From Candidatus Annandia pinicola (GTDB taxonomy: Bacteria > Pseudomonadota > Gammaproteobacteria > Enterobacterales > Enterobacteriaceae_A): a stretch of 32,000 nt of DNA. Below are positions 14,432-27,758 of this stretch, piece after piece. Each line of letters starts with the position of its first letter. Within the stretch, counting starts at the first letter, position 1. The translations under genes were made by a program, and so were the position numbers. The DNA is taken from the NCBI RefSeq assembly GCF_020541245.1, contig NZ_CP045876.1, forward strand, positions 286,354 to 318,353. Direction: 5' to 3'. The notes beneath the pieces are model-generated. The model made no database searches. It was not told where the DNA came from and saw nothing but the letters and a program-made list of their open reading frames with translations.

Positions 14432-15820
14432 TTATTTACCAATACAAAATTTAGAAAATATATTTTTTAAAAGATCTTTTGTTGTAAAATTTCCTGTTAT
14501 TTTACTAATTTCTTTTTGTGCTAAATTTAACTTATTAGCAATAATATCAATATAATTTCCTGTATCTAATAAATATTTACTTTGTTTTATATATTCTAAT
14601 GTTTTTTTTAATATTTTAATATGACGTTTATTATTTATAAATATTGTAGATAAATCTTTATTAAAATATGAAATTTTTGTTAAATGATTAAATAATATAT
14701 TTTTTCCTAAACCAGTTAAAGCAGACATTTTAATAATATTATATCCTTTTTTATTTTTTATAATGTCTGCTTTTTTTTTTTTAATATCTATTTTATTTTC
14801 TATTATAGTTATTTTATTTTTATCAATTTTATTATATACATTAAAAAATAATTCTTTTATTTTGTAATTTTTTGAAATATTACTATCAATAACTAATAAT
14901 AAATGATCTGCATTATTTATTTCTTTTTTAGTTTTTTCTATACCTATTTTTTCTATAATATCATAAGATTTTCTTAAGCCAGCAGTATCTATTATTTGTA
15001 TTGGTATTCCATTAATATATATATTTTTTCTTATTATATCTCTTGTTGTTCCTGGAATATTAGTTACAATAGATATATTTTTTTTTGTAATTAAATTAAA
15101 TATAGTAGATTTTCCAGAATTTGGTTTTCCTAAAATAACTATTTTAATACCATGTTGTTTTAATTTACCTAATTTTGATTCATAACATATATTTTTTATA
15201 ATTTTGATAATTTTATTTAATTTATTTGAAATTTTAAATATTGGAATAACTTCAGTCTCATATTCTGAAAAATTTATAATAGTTTCTATATATATTCTTG
15301 TTTTTATTATTTCTTTAATAATATTATTAATACATAATGATAAGTTACCATTTAAAGAATTTATAGAAGATTTTACTGCAAATTTTGAATTAGAATTTAT
15401 TAAATCCATTATAGATTCAGCTTGTATTAAATCTATTTTATTATTTAAAAAAGCTCTATATGAAAATTCTCCAGGTTTAGCAAAACGAATATTAAATTTA
15501 TTAATAATATAATTCATCAATGATATTAAAGAAATTGGGTTTCCATGACAATGTAATTCTAATATATCTTCGCCAGTAAAAGAATAAGGTTTTTTAAAAA
15601 AAATAGCTATACCTTTATCTAAAATATTATTTTTATGATCTCTAAAAATTAAATAATTTGCTATACGGGGTTTTATTATTTTATTTAAAATTTTATTTGA
15701 AATATATTCAGTTTTTTTACCAGATATTCTAATAATACCAACACCACTATTACCATATGGTGTAACTTGTGCTATAATAGTATCTAAATTATTAAAATTT
15801 TTATTTATTATATTTTTCAT
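14432..15820 (-). CDS. mnmE: tRNA modification GTPase MnmE (TrmE/ThdF)
   Basis: 462 aa with N-terminal DTIIAQVTPYGNSGVGIIRISG, G1 GKPNSGKST, G3 DTAGLR, and the diagnostic C-terminal CIGK. Confidence 0.94.
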   Translation of the reverse strand: MKNIINKNFNNLDTIIAQVTPYGNSGVGIIRISGKKTEYISNKILNKIIKPRIANYLIFRDHKNNILDKGIAIFFKKPYSFTGEDILELHCHGNPISLISLMNYIINKFNIRFAKPGEFSYRAFLNNKIDLIQAESIMDLINSNSKFAVKSSINSLNGNLSLCINNIIKEIIKTRIYIETIINFSEYETEVIPIFKISNKLNKIIKIIKNICYESKLGKLKQHGIKIVILGKPNSGKSTIFNLITKKNISIVTNIPGTTRDIIRKNIYINGIPIQIIDTAGLRKSYDIIEKIGIEKTKKEINNADHLLLVIDSNISKNYKIKELFFNVYNKIDKNKITIIENKIDIKKKKADIIKNKKGYNIIKMSALTGLGKNILFNHLTKISYFNKDLSTIFINNKRHIKILKKTLEYIKQSKYLLDTGNYIDIIANKLNLAQKEISKITGNFTTKDLLKNIFSKFCIGK

Positions 15821-15821
15821 T

Positions 15822-17405
15822 TTATATTATATTTTTTTTTCTTTTTTCTACTATATTATTATATATAAAGTTTTGTTGTAATATTGTAAATATATTACTT
15901 ACTATATAATATATAACTAATCCTGATGGTAACCATAAGAAAAATATTGTAAATATTATAGGTATAATATTTAATATTTTTTTTTGTTTATAATCATAAA
16001 TATAAGATGATGACATTTTTTGAATTATTGATATAGTAATACCCATTAATATAGGTAATACATAATAAGGGTCTTGAGAAGATAAATCTTTAATCCAAAA
16101 TATAAAAGGAGCATTATTTAATTCAGCAGAATTTGTTATCATGTAATATAAAGATAAAAAAACTGGTGTTTGAATTATTAATGGTAAAAAACTACTAAGT
16201 GGATTTATTTTTTCTCTTCTATATAAATTAATAATTTTATCTCTTAATAAATTTTTATCATAAGAAAAATTTTTATATATTAAATTAATTTCAGGTTGTA
16301 AAAAACCCATTTTTATCATATAAATATACTGAATTTTTGTAACAGGATACATAATATAACGTAATAATAATGTAATTATAATAATTGATAAACCCCAATT
16401 ATTAACAATAAAATTAATAAAATTTAATAATATAAACAATGGTTTTGAAATAAACCAAAATAACCCATAATTTATTGTTAAATATAAATATGGATATTCA
16501 TTTATATAATTTTTAATTTTAGGACTTAATAACAAAGTTGTTTCAAATGTTTTATAATTGTTTTTATATATTAAACATGGTTTTGTATAATATCCTAAAT
16601 TAATAATTTTATTTTTTATACTATTTATATAAATTAAATTATTATAATTATGAGGTATTATTACAGTTAAAAAATATTTTTGTAATATAGCAATCCATCC
16701 ATTTTCTGTAATTTCTTTTATTTTTATATTATTTTTTATTTCTTTAAAATCATATTCTTTATATTTTTCTTTTGATGTACTAAAAGCTACTATTAAATTT
16801 TTTTTATAATAATTATTATCTTTTTTTAAATTATTTTCTATGTTTATATTTTGTTTTAAATTATTAAATAATGATATTTTTACTGGTTTTTTTGAAAAAT
16901 TTAAAATATTATATTTTAAATCTATTTTATATTTATTAAAATAAAATATAAAGCTTTTTTTTAAAATTAAATTATTTATATTTTTACTATATATACTTAT
17001 TATTATTTTATTTTGTTTTTCTTTAAGTTTAATAAATTTAGGTAAATAATATTTATTATAATAATTTATATCTTTAAATATTTTATTATTTTTAATTAAT
17101 CCATCATTAAAATTACATATAAAATCAGATTTATTTTTTATTAAAGTTAATAATTTAGATGTTTTTTTATCTTTATATTTTAATAATTTTATATTTTCAA
17201 TAAAACCTTTATTAATATTTATTTTAGCAGATATTACATTTGTTTGAATTTTTATTTTATTTTTTTTTAATATATTATTATAATTTTCTAATATAAGTAT
17301 TCCATTATGATTTTTATAAAAATTAGAATAAAAAGAAATACTTGATATAAAAAAATATATAAAAATGAAAATAAAAAAAAATATAAATTTATGTTTTTTT
17401 AACAT
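15822..17405 (-). CDS. yidC: Membrane protein insertase YidC
   Basis: 527 aa with an N-terminal TM segment, a degenerate periplasmic domain, and a conserved C-terminal core (GLSIIIITLLLR, NPLSSFLPLIIQTPVFLSLYYM). It sits in the rpmH-rnpA-yidC-mnmE synteny. Confidence 0.9.
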   Translation of the reverse strand: MLKKHKFIFFFIFIFIYFFISSISFYSNFYKNHNGILILENYNNILKKNKIKIQTNVISAKININKGFIENIKLLKYKDKKTSKLLTLIKNKSDFICNFNDGLIKNNKIFKDINYYNKYYLPKFIKLKEKQNKIIISIYSKNINNLILKKSFIFYFNKYKIDLKYNILNFSKKPVKISLFNNLKQNINIENNLKKDNNYYKKNLIVAFSTSKEKYKEYDFKEIKNNIKIKEITENGWIAILQKYFLTVIIPHNYNNLIYINSIKNKIINLGYYTKPCLIYKNNYKTFETTLLLSPKIKNYINEYPYLYLTINYGLFWFISKPLFILLNFINFIVNNWGLSIIIITLLLRYIMYPVTKIQYIYMIKMGFLQPEINLIYKNFSYDKNLLRDKIINLYRREKINPLSSFLPLIIQTPVFLSLYYMITNSAELNNAPFIFWIKDLSSQDPYYVLPILMGITISIIQKMSSSYIYDYKQKKILNIIPIIFTIFFLWLPSGLVIYYIVSNIFTILQQNFIYNNIVEKRKKNII

Positions 17406-17490
17406 AATTTTTCTCTTTTTGTTATTATATTAATATTATTTTTAAAATTATTTACATATTTAATATATTAATTTAAAAAAAATAAAATAT

Positions 17491-17847
17491 TTAATTTATT
17501 TTATTTTTTTTTTTTTTATTTTTTTTCCATAATTTATTTAAATTATTAAATATAATATTATTAGAAAACTTAGTTATACATTTTCTTATTATAACAATAT
17601 AATCTTTTTTTTTACAAATATTTTGATTTAATCTAAAACTTTCTTTTACATACCTTTTTATTTTATTTCTATCATGAGAATATTTAACATTTTTTTTTGA
17701 AATTATAATACCTAACCTAGAATAATTAAATTTATTATTTTTTGTATATAATAATATACATGATGAATAAAAAAAATATATTTTTTTAAAATTATTTTTA
17801 AAATCTTTAAATTTATTTATTTTTTGTTTTTTTTTGAATTTATACAT
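17491..17847 (-). CDS. rnpA: RNase P protein component
   Basis: 118-aa basic protein with the RNR-type motif DRNKIKRYVKESFR, located immediately downstream of rpmH. Confidence 0.82.
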   Translation of the reverse strand: MYKFKKKQKINKFKDFKNNFKKIYFFYSSCILLYTKNNKFNYSRLGIIISKKNVKYSHDRNKIKRYVKESFRLNQNICKKKDYIVIIRKCITKFSNNIIFNNLNKLWKKNKKKKNKIN

Positions 17848-17854
17848 AAATATT

Positions 17855-17998
17855 TTACCTAGAAGAAACTGTTAAATGAATTCTACCTTTATTTCTACGT
17901 CTTGATATTATAGCTCTACCTTTTTTAGTTGACATTCTAGAACGAAATCCATGTAAACGTATTTTTTTAATTATTGAAGGTTGAAATGTACGTTTCAT
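17855..17998 (-). CDS. rpmH: 50S ribosomal protein L34
   Basis: This gene is not in the ORF track because it is too short. My translation of the minus strand is [47 protein letters not shown], a clear L34 (MKRTFQPS...GFR...GR). Confidence 0.92.
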   Translation of the reverse strand: MKRTFQPSIIKKIRLHGFRSRMSTKKGRAIISRRRNKGRIHLTVSSR

Positions 17999-18122
17999 AA
18001 TTTAATTTTTCCTTTTATGTTAATTTATAAATAAAATGTTAAAATAATTATAAATAATTTATTTAAAAATTAAAATTTATAAATACATAATTTTAATTTT
18101 TTTTAATAATGTATATTAAAAT

Positions 18123-19223
18123 ATGAAATTTGTTATAATGCGTGAAAATTTATTAGAACCATTACAAAAAATTACTAATATATGTATAAATAAATCTAAT
18201 TTGCCTATATTAAATAACATTTTAATAAAATTAAAAAAAAATATATTATTTTTAATTTCTCATAATTTAGAAATTGAAATTTCAACAAAAATAAAATTAT
18301 GTAAAATAATTAAGGAAGGGGAAATAAGTGTATCTGCTAAAAAATTTTTAGAGATTTGTCGAAATTTTTCTTATAATGATATAATGGAAATTAGTTTAAC
18401 AAATAATAGAATGACAATAAAAAATAATTATATTAGTTTTGTTTTATCTGTATTACCTTCAAATTTATTTCCTAATTTTGTTAATAATAAATTTTTATTA
18501 AAATTTAATTTATTAAATTTTACTTTAATAAAATTAATTGAGTCAACTCAATTTTCTATGGGTATAAAAGATGCTAGATATTATATTAATGGGATGTTAA
18601 TTAAGTCTAAAAAAAATATTATGCATACAGTAACTACAGATGGATATAGAATATCTTTATGTAATTATAAAAATTTAAATAAAATACCAGATTTTTCTAT
18701 AATTATTCCTAGAAAAAGCATAATAGAATTAATAAAATTATTAAAAAAAAAAAAAAATAGTATTATTAATATTAAAATTAATATTAATAGTATATCATTT
18801 AAATTTAAAAAAACATTATTTACTACAAAATTAATAAATGGTAGTTTTCCTTCATATAATACTATATTTAATAAAAAATATAATTATTTTATTGAATTTA
18901 ATAATAATATATTAAAAACAGCTATTAAAAGGGTTTCTATTATTTCTAATAAAAATAATATCATTTATATGAATATAAAAAAAAACTATGCTATTATTAT
19001 ATCTAAAAACGAAATAGAAGAAATAGCAAAGGAAAAAATTAAAATAAATTATTTTGGTAATAATTTTAAAATAGCTTTTAATGCAAAATATATAATAGAT
19101 ATATTAAATTTTTTTAAATGTGGTTTTGTTAATTTTTTATTAAATGATGATATTTCTAGTATTAAAATAGAAAATAAAGATAATCCTTATAATTCTTATA
19201 TTGTAATGCCAATTAAATTATAA
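18123..19223 (+). CDS. dnaN: DNA polymerase III beta sliding clamp
   Basis: 366 aa, the same length as E. coli. Motifs: MKFVIMRENLLEPLQKI, TDGYRIS, KLINGSFPSYN, and C-terminal YIVMPIKL. Confidence 0.92.
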   Translation: MKFVIMRENLLEPLQKITNICINKSNLPILNNILIKLKKNILFLISHNLEIEISTKIKLCKIIKEGEISVSAKKFLEICRNFSYNDIMEISLTNNRMTIKNNYISFVLSVLPSNLFPNFVNNKFLLKFNLLNFTLIKLIESTQFSMGIKDARYYINGMLIKSKKNIMHTVTTDGYRISLCNYKNLNKIPDFSIIIPRKSIIELIKLLKKKKNSIINIKININSISFKFKKTLFTTKLINGSFPSYNTIFNKKYNYFIEFNNNILKTAIKRVSIISNKNNIIYMNIKKNYAIIISKNEIEEIAKEKIKINYFGNNFKIAFNAKYIIDILNFFKCGFVNFLLNDDISSIKIENKDNPYNSYIVMPIKL

Positions 19224-19228
19224 ATTAA

Positions 19229-21733
<2,505 letters not shown>

Positions 21734-21738
21734 TTTTA

Positions 21739-21811
21739 TGCCCGAAGGTGGAATTGAACCACCGACACGGGGATTTTCAGTCCCCTGCTCTACCGACTGA
21801 GCTATTCGGGC
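21739..21811 (-). tRNA. tRNA-Phe (anticodon GAA), CCA not encoded
   Basis: Reverse complement reads GCCCGAATAGCTCAGTCGGTAGAGCAGGGGACTGAAAATCCCCGTGTCGGTGGTTCAATTCCACCTTCGGGCA. All four stems are perfect. Confidence 0.93.
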
Positions 21812-21922
21812 AAATTTATATAACTATATATATATTAAATATTAAATTTAATTAAAGGTCAAGATTTTTTTTTATTTTCATAAATTTTATAGTAAAAACT
21901 AACTAATAAATAGAATTTAAAT

Positions 21923-21951
21923 TTGACTATATTTTTTTCATAATATATATT
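21923..21951 (+). promoter_or_regulatory. Candidate sigma70-type promoter of groES-groEL (TTGACT-N17-TATATT)
   Basis: TTGACT at 21923-21928, a 17-nt spacer, and TATATT at 21946-21951, about 45 nt upstream of the groES ATG. By eye I could not find a sigma32-like CTTGAAA...CCCCAT pair in the 186-bp upstream spacer. Confidence 0.3.
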
Positions 21952-21997
21952 AATAGCTAAAAAATTAAGAAACAACAATTAAAAAAAAGGAATAAAA

Positions 21998-22288
21998 ATG
22001 AAAATTCGTCCATTACATGATAAAATTATATTAAAAAAACAAAAAGTTGAATCTTCTTCATCAGGGGGTATTTTATTAACTGGATCTGCAGCTGGTAAAT
22101 CTAATAGAGGTAAAGTTATAGCTGTAGGTAAAGGAAGAATATTAGAAAATGGTAAAATAAGACCTTTAGATATAAAAGTTAACGATATTGTTATATTTAA
22201 TGAAGGATATAATTCTAAAATAGAAAAAATTGATAATGAAGAAATTTTAATTATTTCTGAAAATGATGTATTAGCAATTATAGAATAA
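21998..22288 (+). CDS. groS: Co-chaperonin GroES
   Basis: 96 aa with [13 protein letters not shown]...[10 protein letters not shown]...[10 protein letters not shown]. An AAGGA SD lies upstream. Confidence 0.96.
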   Translation: MKIRPLHDKIILKKQKVESSSSGGILLTGSAAGKSNRGKVIAVGKGRILENGKIRPLDIKVNDIVIFNEGYNSKIEKIDNEEILIISENDVLAIIE

Positions 22289-22302
22289 AATTAAATTTAT
22301 AA

Positions 22303-23988
<1,686 letters not shown>

Positions 23989-24031
23989 TTTTTTAAAAAA
24001 AATAAATATTAATTTTTTTTTTTTAAAATTA

Positions 24032-24057
24032 CCCTTTTTATCATGAGGTAAAAAGGG
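24032..24057 (+). terminator. Candidate stem-loop terminator downstream of groEL
   Basis: CCCTTTTTA (24032-24040), loop TCATGAGG, then TAAAAAGGG (24049-24057), giving a perfect 9-bp stem 44 nt after the groEL stop. No clean U-run follows it (AATTGATAATAA), so its function is uncertain. Confidence 0.35.
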
Positions 24058-24582
24058 AATTGATAATAATAAAATTTTAAAGATTATAAAAATTTTATAG
24101 GAAATGTCAATTAAAAACTTAAAATAGAAAAAAATAATAATTAAAAATTAACCTTATAATATTGAAAATATTAAGTTTGTAACCTTCCTGTTAAAGGAAA
24201 TCATTTATTAGTATAAAGTTACTTAATTTATTAAATAAAAAAATAATAAAAAAAATAATTTTGAACATATTAAAATTTTAAAAAAAAATTATAAAAAATA
24301 AAAGTTTTGGATAAAATTAAAAATAGAGTGTAATATTGTTATGTGTAATAATTTTCCTATAGATATAAATATTTCTAATTTTATAAATTTATTAGTTATT
24401 AAAACTATAAGATAAAAAAATATTCTATATCAAATAATATTAAATATGTATTTTTAGGTAACAATTTAAATATTAAAGTTCATTTATTTATAAAAAAAAA
24501 TGATATAATTAAAGTAAACGCTCGTTCAATAAAATATGTTTTTTTTATTAAAAATAAAAAAATTATAAATATTATATAATTT

Positions 24583-27423
24583 TTATTTATTATTTTTTAT
24601 TTGTAGAAATAAAAAAGGTATATCAATATTATTATCTTTAAAAGAATTTAAAATTAACATATTTAATGAATGTTTTAATAATTTTCTATTTTTTAATTTA
24701 GAAGTATAAATTCTCATTTCAAAAATTTGAATACCTTGTTTAAAATCTACTAGAAAAGCTTCTGGATTAGGTTTATTTAATACATAATTACATTTTTTAG
24801 AAGAATCTATTAAAATTTTGATTATTTTATTACTATCAATTTTAATCGGTGCCGTAATATTTAAAACAATTCTTGTTATAGAATCCGATAGAGACCAATT
24901 AATAAATTGTTCAGTTATAAAAGATTTATTTGGTATAATAACTTCTCTTCTATTACAATCTATAATAGTTGTGGCTCTTGTATTAATACTTTTTATATTA
25001 CCAGTAAAATTTTTAATTGTAACAGTATCATTAATTCTTATTGGTTTCTCAAATAATATTATTAAACCAGATATAAAATTTGCAAATATTTCTTGTAAAC
25101 CAAAACCCAATCCTAAACCTAAAGCAGTAAATAACCATTTTAATTTATTTAATTTTATTTTTAATAATGAAACAATAATAAATATTCCAAAAAAAAACAA
25201 AAATTTTTTAGTTAAATTTATAATAGCATATTTTGTATTTGGCATTAAATCTAAATATTTTAATATAAAAAGTTCTAATAATATAGGTATATTACTAACT
25301 AATTGAAATGTAATTAATAATGTTAATATTATTAATAATATTGATTTTAATTTAATAAATTTAAAATTTTTATAGTCAATAAATTTTATATTTTTAATTA
25401 TATAAAATAATTTTATATTTTCAATAAAATTTAAAATAATATATATCTTAAACCAAATTAAATAAATCATAATTAAACTAATAATAATTAAAGTAAATTT
25501 AATTAATCTAATTATTTTAATTTTTGTATTCTTTATATTAATAATATTACTTTTTTTATATAATTTATTATTATTATTTACATCTTTTTTATTTTCCATA
25601 ATACTATGTATATCTTTAATTTTATTTGAATCTATAACATATTTAATAGCATAAAAGTATTTTAATATTATCATTTTTTTTATTATAAAAAATATTATTA
25701 AATTTAAAAACCAAATCAATAATGATGATAAAAGTTTTATTAATAAATCTTTTATAGCATATGTATATCCATATAATATTAATATTACAAATAATAAAGA
25801 TAAAAAAAACAATAAATTCCATAAGATTTGATTAATGATAAAATTTATTTTTATATTTTTATTTAAATAAAGAGGTATGTTAGTTTTTTTTAAATTAAAT
25901 ATAAATACACTTACATATAAACAAATAAAAATTAAAAAAAATCTATTAAAATCTTTAATAAAATTAAAATTTTTTAAAAAAAATATTAATATAAGTAAAA
26001 TAAAAAACGGAACAATAAATCTTAAAAAAAATAAATAATGATATTTTTTTTTTTTAAAATTATAAATAATTTTTTTTATTTTTTTTATTATTTTTTTATT
26101 TTTATTTAATATATAAAAACATATTTGTTTTATTAAAAACATTATAGAAAATATTTTTAGCATTGTAATAACAATAATTTTATATTTATCTTTAATATAT
26201 AAATTTTCAAAATAATAAATAAAATCCCATAATAAAATTAATGTTATAGATAAAAAAAAAATAACAAAAATAATATTATATAATAATAAAAAATTATATT
26301 TAAATAATGAATAAATGTTATTCAAAAAAAAATAATTATTTTTTTTAGCAAATTTTAAAATAAAATTTATATAAAAAATCATTAATATTATAATTAATAT
26401 TATATTAATTATAAAATTAATATTAAAAAAACATATGTATTTTAATAAAAATATTGTTATAATTAAAAAATTATAAATGTAAAGTAAATAATTATAATTA
26501 ATATATGATTTATTTGATATCCAAAATAAATATCTATAGTTACAATCTTTTATTATAAGTAATAATATATTTAATTTTATATATTGTGATTTTAATTTTA
26601 CTAAATTAATATTTAAATATTTATAATTTTTTAATAATAATTTAATATTTTTTCTTTTTATTTTTATTTGATAATTTAAAATTTTATTTTTATTAAATTT
26701 ATTATTTTTATTAAAATAATAAAAATTATTTTTATAATTTAACTTTACTAATTTTATTTTATTTATAATTAAATTATTTTTATTAATTATATATTTTAAA
26801 TATAATAATTTTAATATTTTATCTTTAATTTTTAATTTAGAAAAATTAAAACTATTTATAAATTTAAAACAATTAATTATATTATGAAATATTTTATATA
26901 ATTTTTTTATAATTAAATTATTATTATAAATATATTTATTATTTTTTATATTATAATAATATTGTTGCATTATTTTTTTTATAAGCTTGTTATTATTATA
27001 ATATATTTTTTTTTTAAATGAACAATAATTACTATTGATTATTATATTTTTATATTCAATTTTTTTATTATAATATTCAGTATATATTTCTCTTTTATAA
27101 ATATTAATTTTTTTTTCTTTATTTTTTATATTTAAATTTATTTTAAAATGATAATTTTTATTTTTTTTTTTTTTTATTAAATCTATTTTTTTTAATAATT
27201 TTTTATTAAGATAATAATATTTTTTTTTAATATTTTTAAATAAGTATTTTTTATTTATATTATTTTTTGTATTATAAATATATATATTACATATATTTAT
27301 AAATTTATTTTTAATAATTTTATCATGAATATTAAATTTAAATATATTAATATTTAATAAAAAATTAAATATTAAATTAAATATAAGAAAATATATAATG
27401 AAATTTATTTTTTTTTCAATCAT
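24583..27423 (-). CDS. MscS-family mechanosensitive channel of the large MscK (KefA/AefA) / MscM (YjeP) type
   Basis: 946-aa ORF. The C-terminal roughly 230 aa carry a recognisable MscS core (LGLGLGFGLQEIFANFISGLIILFEKPIRINDTVTI...GNIKSINTRATTIIDCNRREVIIPNKSFITEQFINWS). Upstream lie many hydrophobic segments, and a long N/K/I/Y-rich N-terminal region matches the large periplasmic-domain architecture. I cannot decide between MscK and MscM orthology by eye. Confidence 0.78.
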   Translation of the reverse strand: MIEKKINFIIYFLIFNLIFNFLLNINIFKFNIHDKIIKNKFINICNIYIYNTKNNINKKYLFKNIKKKYYYLNKKLLKKIDLIKKKKNKNYHFKINLNIKNKEKKINIYKREIYTEYYNKKIEYKNIIINSNYCSFKKKIYYNNNKLIKKIMQQYYYNIKNNKYIYNNNLIIKKLYKIFHNIINCFKFINSFNFSKLKIKDKILKLLYLKYIINKNNLIINKIKLVKLNYKNNFYYFNKNNKFNKNKILNYQIKIKRKNIKLLLKNYKYLNINLVKLKSQYIKLNILLLIIKDCNYRYLFWISNKSYINYNYLLYIYNFLIITIFLLKYICFFNINFIINIILIIILMIFYINFILKFAKKNNYFFLNNIYSLFKYNFLLLYNIIFVIFFLSITLILLWDFIYYFENLYIKDKYKIIVITMLKIFSIMFLIKQICFYILNKNKKIIKKIKKIIYNFKKKKYHYLFFLRFIVPFFILLILIFFLKNFNFIKDFNRFFLIFICLYVSVFIFNLKKTNIPLYLNKNIKINFIINQILWNLLFFLSLLFVILILYGYTYAIKDLLIKLLSSLLIWFLNLIIFFIIKKMIILKYFYAIKYVIDSNKIKDIHSIMENKKDVNNNNKLYKKSNIINIKNTKIKIIRLIKFTLIIISLIMIYLIWFKIYIILNFIENIKLFYIIKNIKFIDYKNFKFIKLKSILLIILTLLITFQLVSNIPILLELFILKYLDLMPNTKYAIINLTKKFLFFFGIFIIVSLLKIKLNKLKWLFTALGLGLGFGLQEIFANFISGLIILFEKPIRINDTVTIKNFTGNIKSINTRATTIIDCNRREVIIPNKSFITEQFINWSLSDSITRIVLNITAPIKIDSNKIIKILIDSSKKCNYVLNKPNPEAFLVDFKQGIQIFEMRIYTSKLKNRKLLKHSLNMLILNSFKDNNIDIPFLFLQIKNNK

Positions 27424-27620
27424 TTTATATAATTTTTATTTTTTTTAAATTATTTTTTTAATAATAATTTGTTATTTTAAATTTTTAAATTTTTAATAAA
27501 TAAAATTATTAAAAAAATATAATTATTATAAATAATAGTAAAATATTAAAGTGATATATTTAACAATAATAAAATACTTGATATAAAATAATTATTGTAA
27601 TATAATATAATAAAATATAT

Positions 27621-27693
27621 GCGGGAATAGCTCAATTGGTAGAGCACAACCTTGCCAAGGTTGGGGTTGCGAGTTCGAGTCTCGTTTCCCGCT
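27621..27693 (+). tRNA. tRNA-Gly (anticodon GCC), CCA not encoded
   Basis: GCGGGAATAGCTCAATTGGTAGAGCACAACCTTGCCAAGGTTGGGGTTGCGAGTTCGAGTCTCGTTTCCCGCT. Stems are perfect, the discriminator is U73, and a T-run follows. Confidence 0.93.
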
Positions 27694-27758
27694 TTTTTTT
27701 TATTTTTTTTATTAATATATTTTAAATTATTTAATATAAATTTAAAGGATAAAATATA

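Noticed and set aside
15204-15512. 102-aa plus-strand ORF inside mnmE
   Set aside because: It is antisense to a conserved GTPase gene, with no recognisable motifs. It is a shadow ORF.
24341-24415. 24-codon ORF (MCNNFPIDINISNFINLLVIKTIR) in the groEL-channel spacer
   Set aside because: It has no SD and no similarity I can recognise. An ORF of this length is expected by chance.
24818-25306. 162-aa plus-strand ORF opposite the MscS core of the channel gene
   Set aside because: It is the longest antisense ORF in the window, and it sits exactly over the most conserved and least A/T-rich part of the minus-strand gene, where stop codons are rarer by composition. It has no homology signal or SD. 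I treat it as a shadow ORF, although strand-specific RNA-seq could revisit this.
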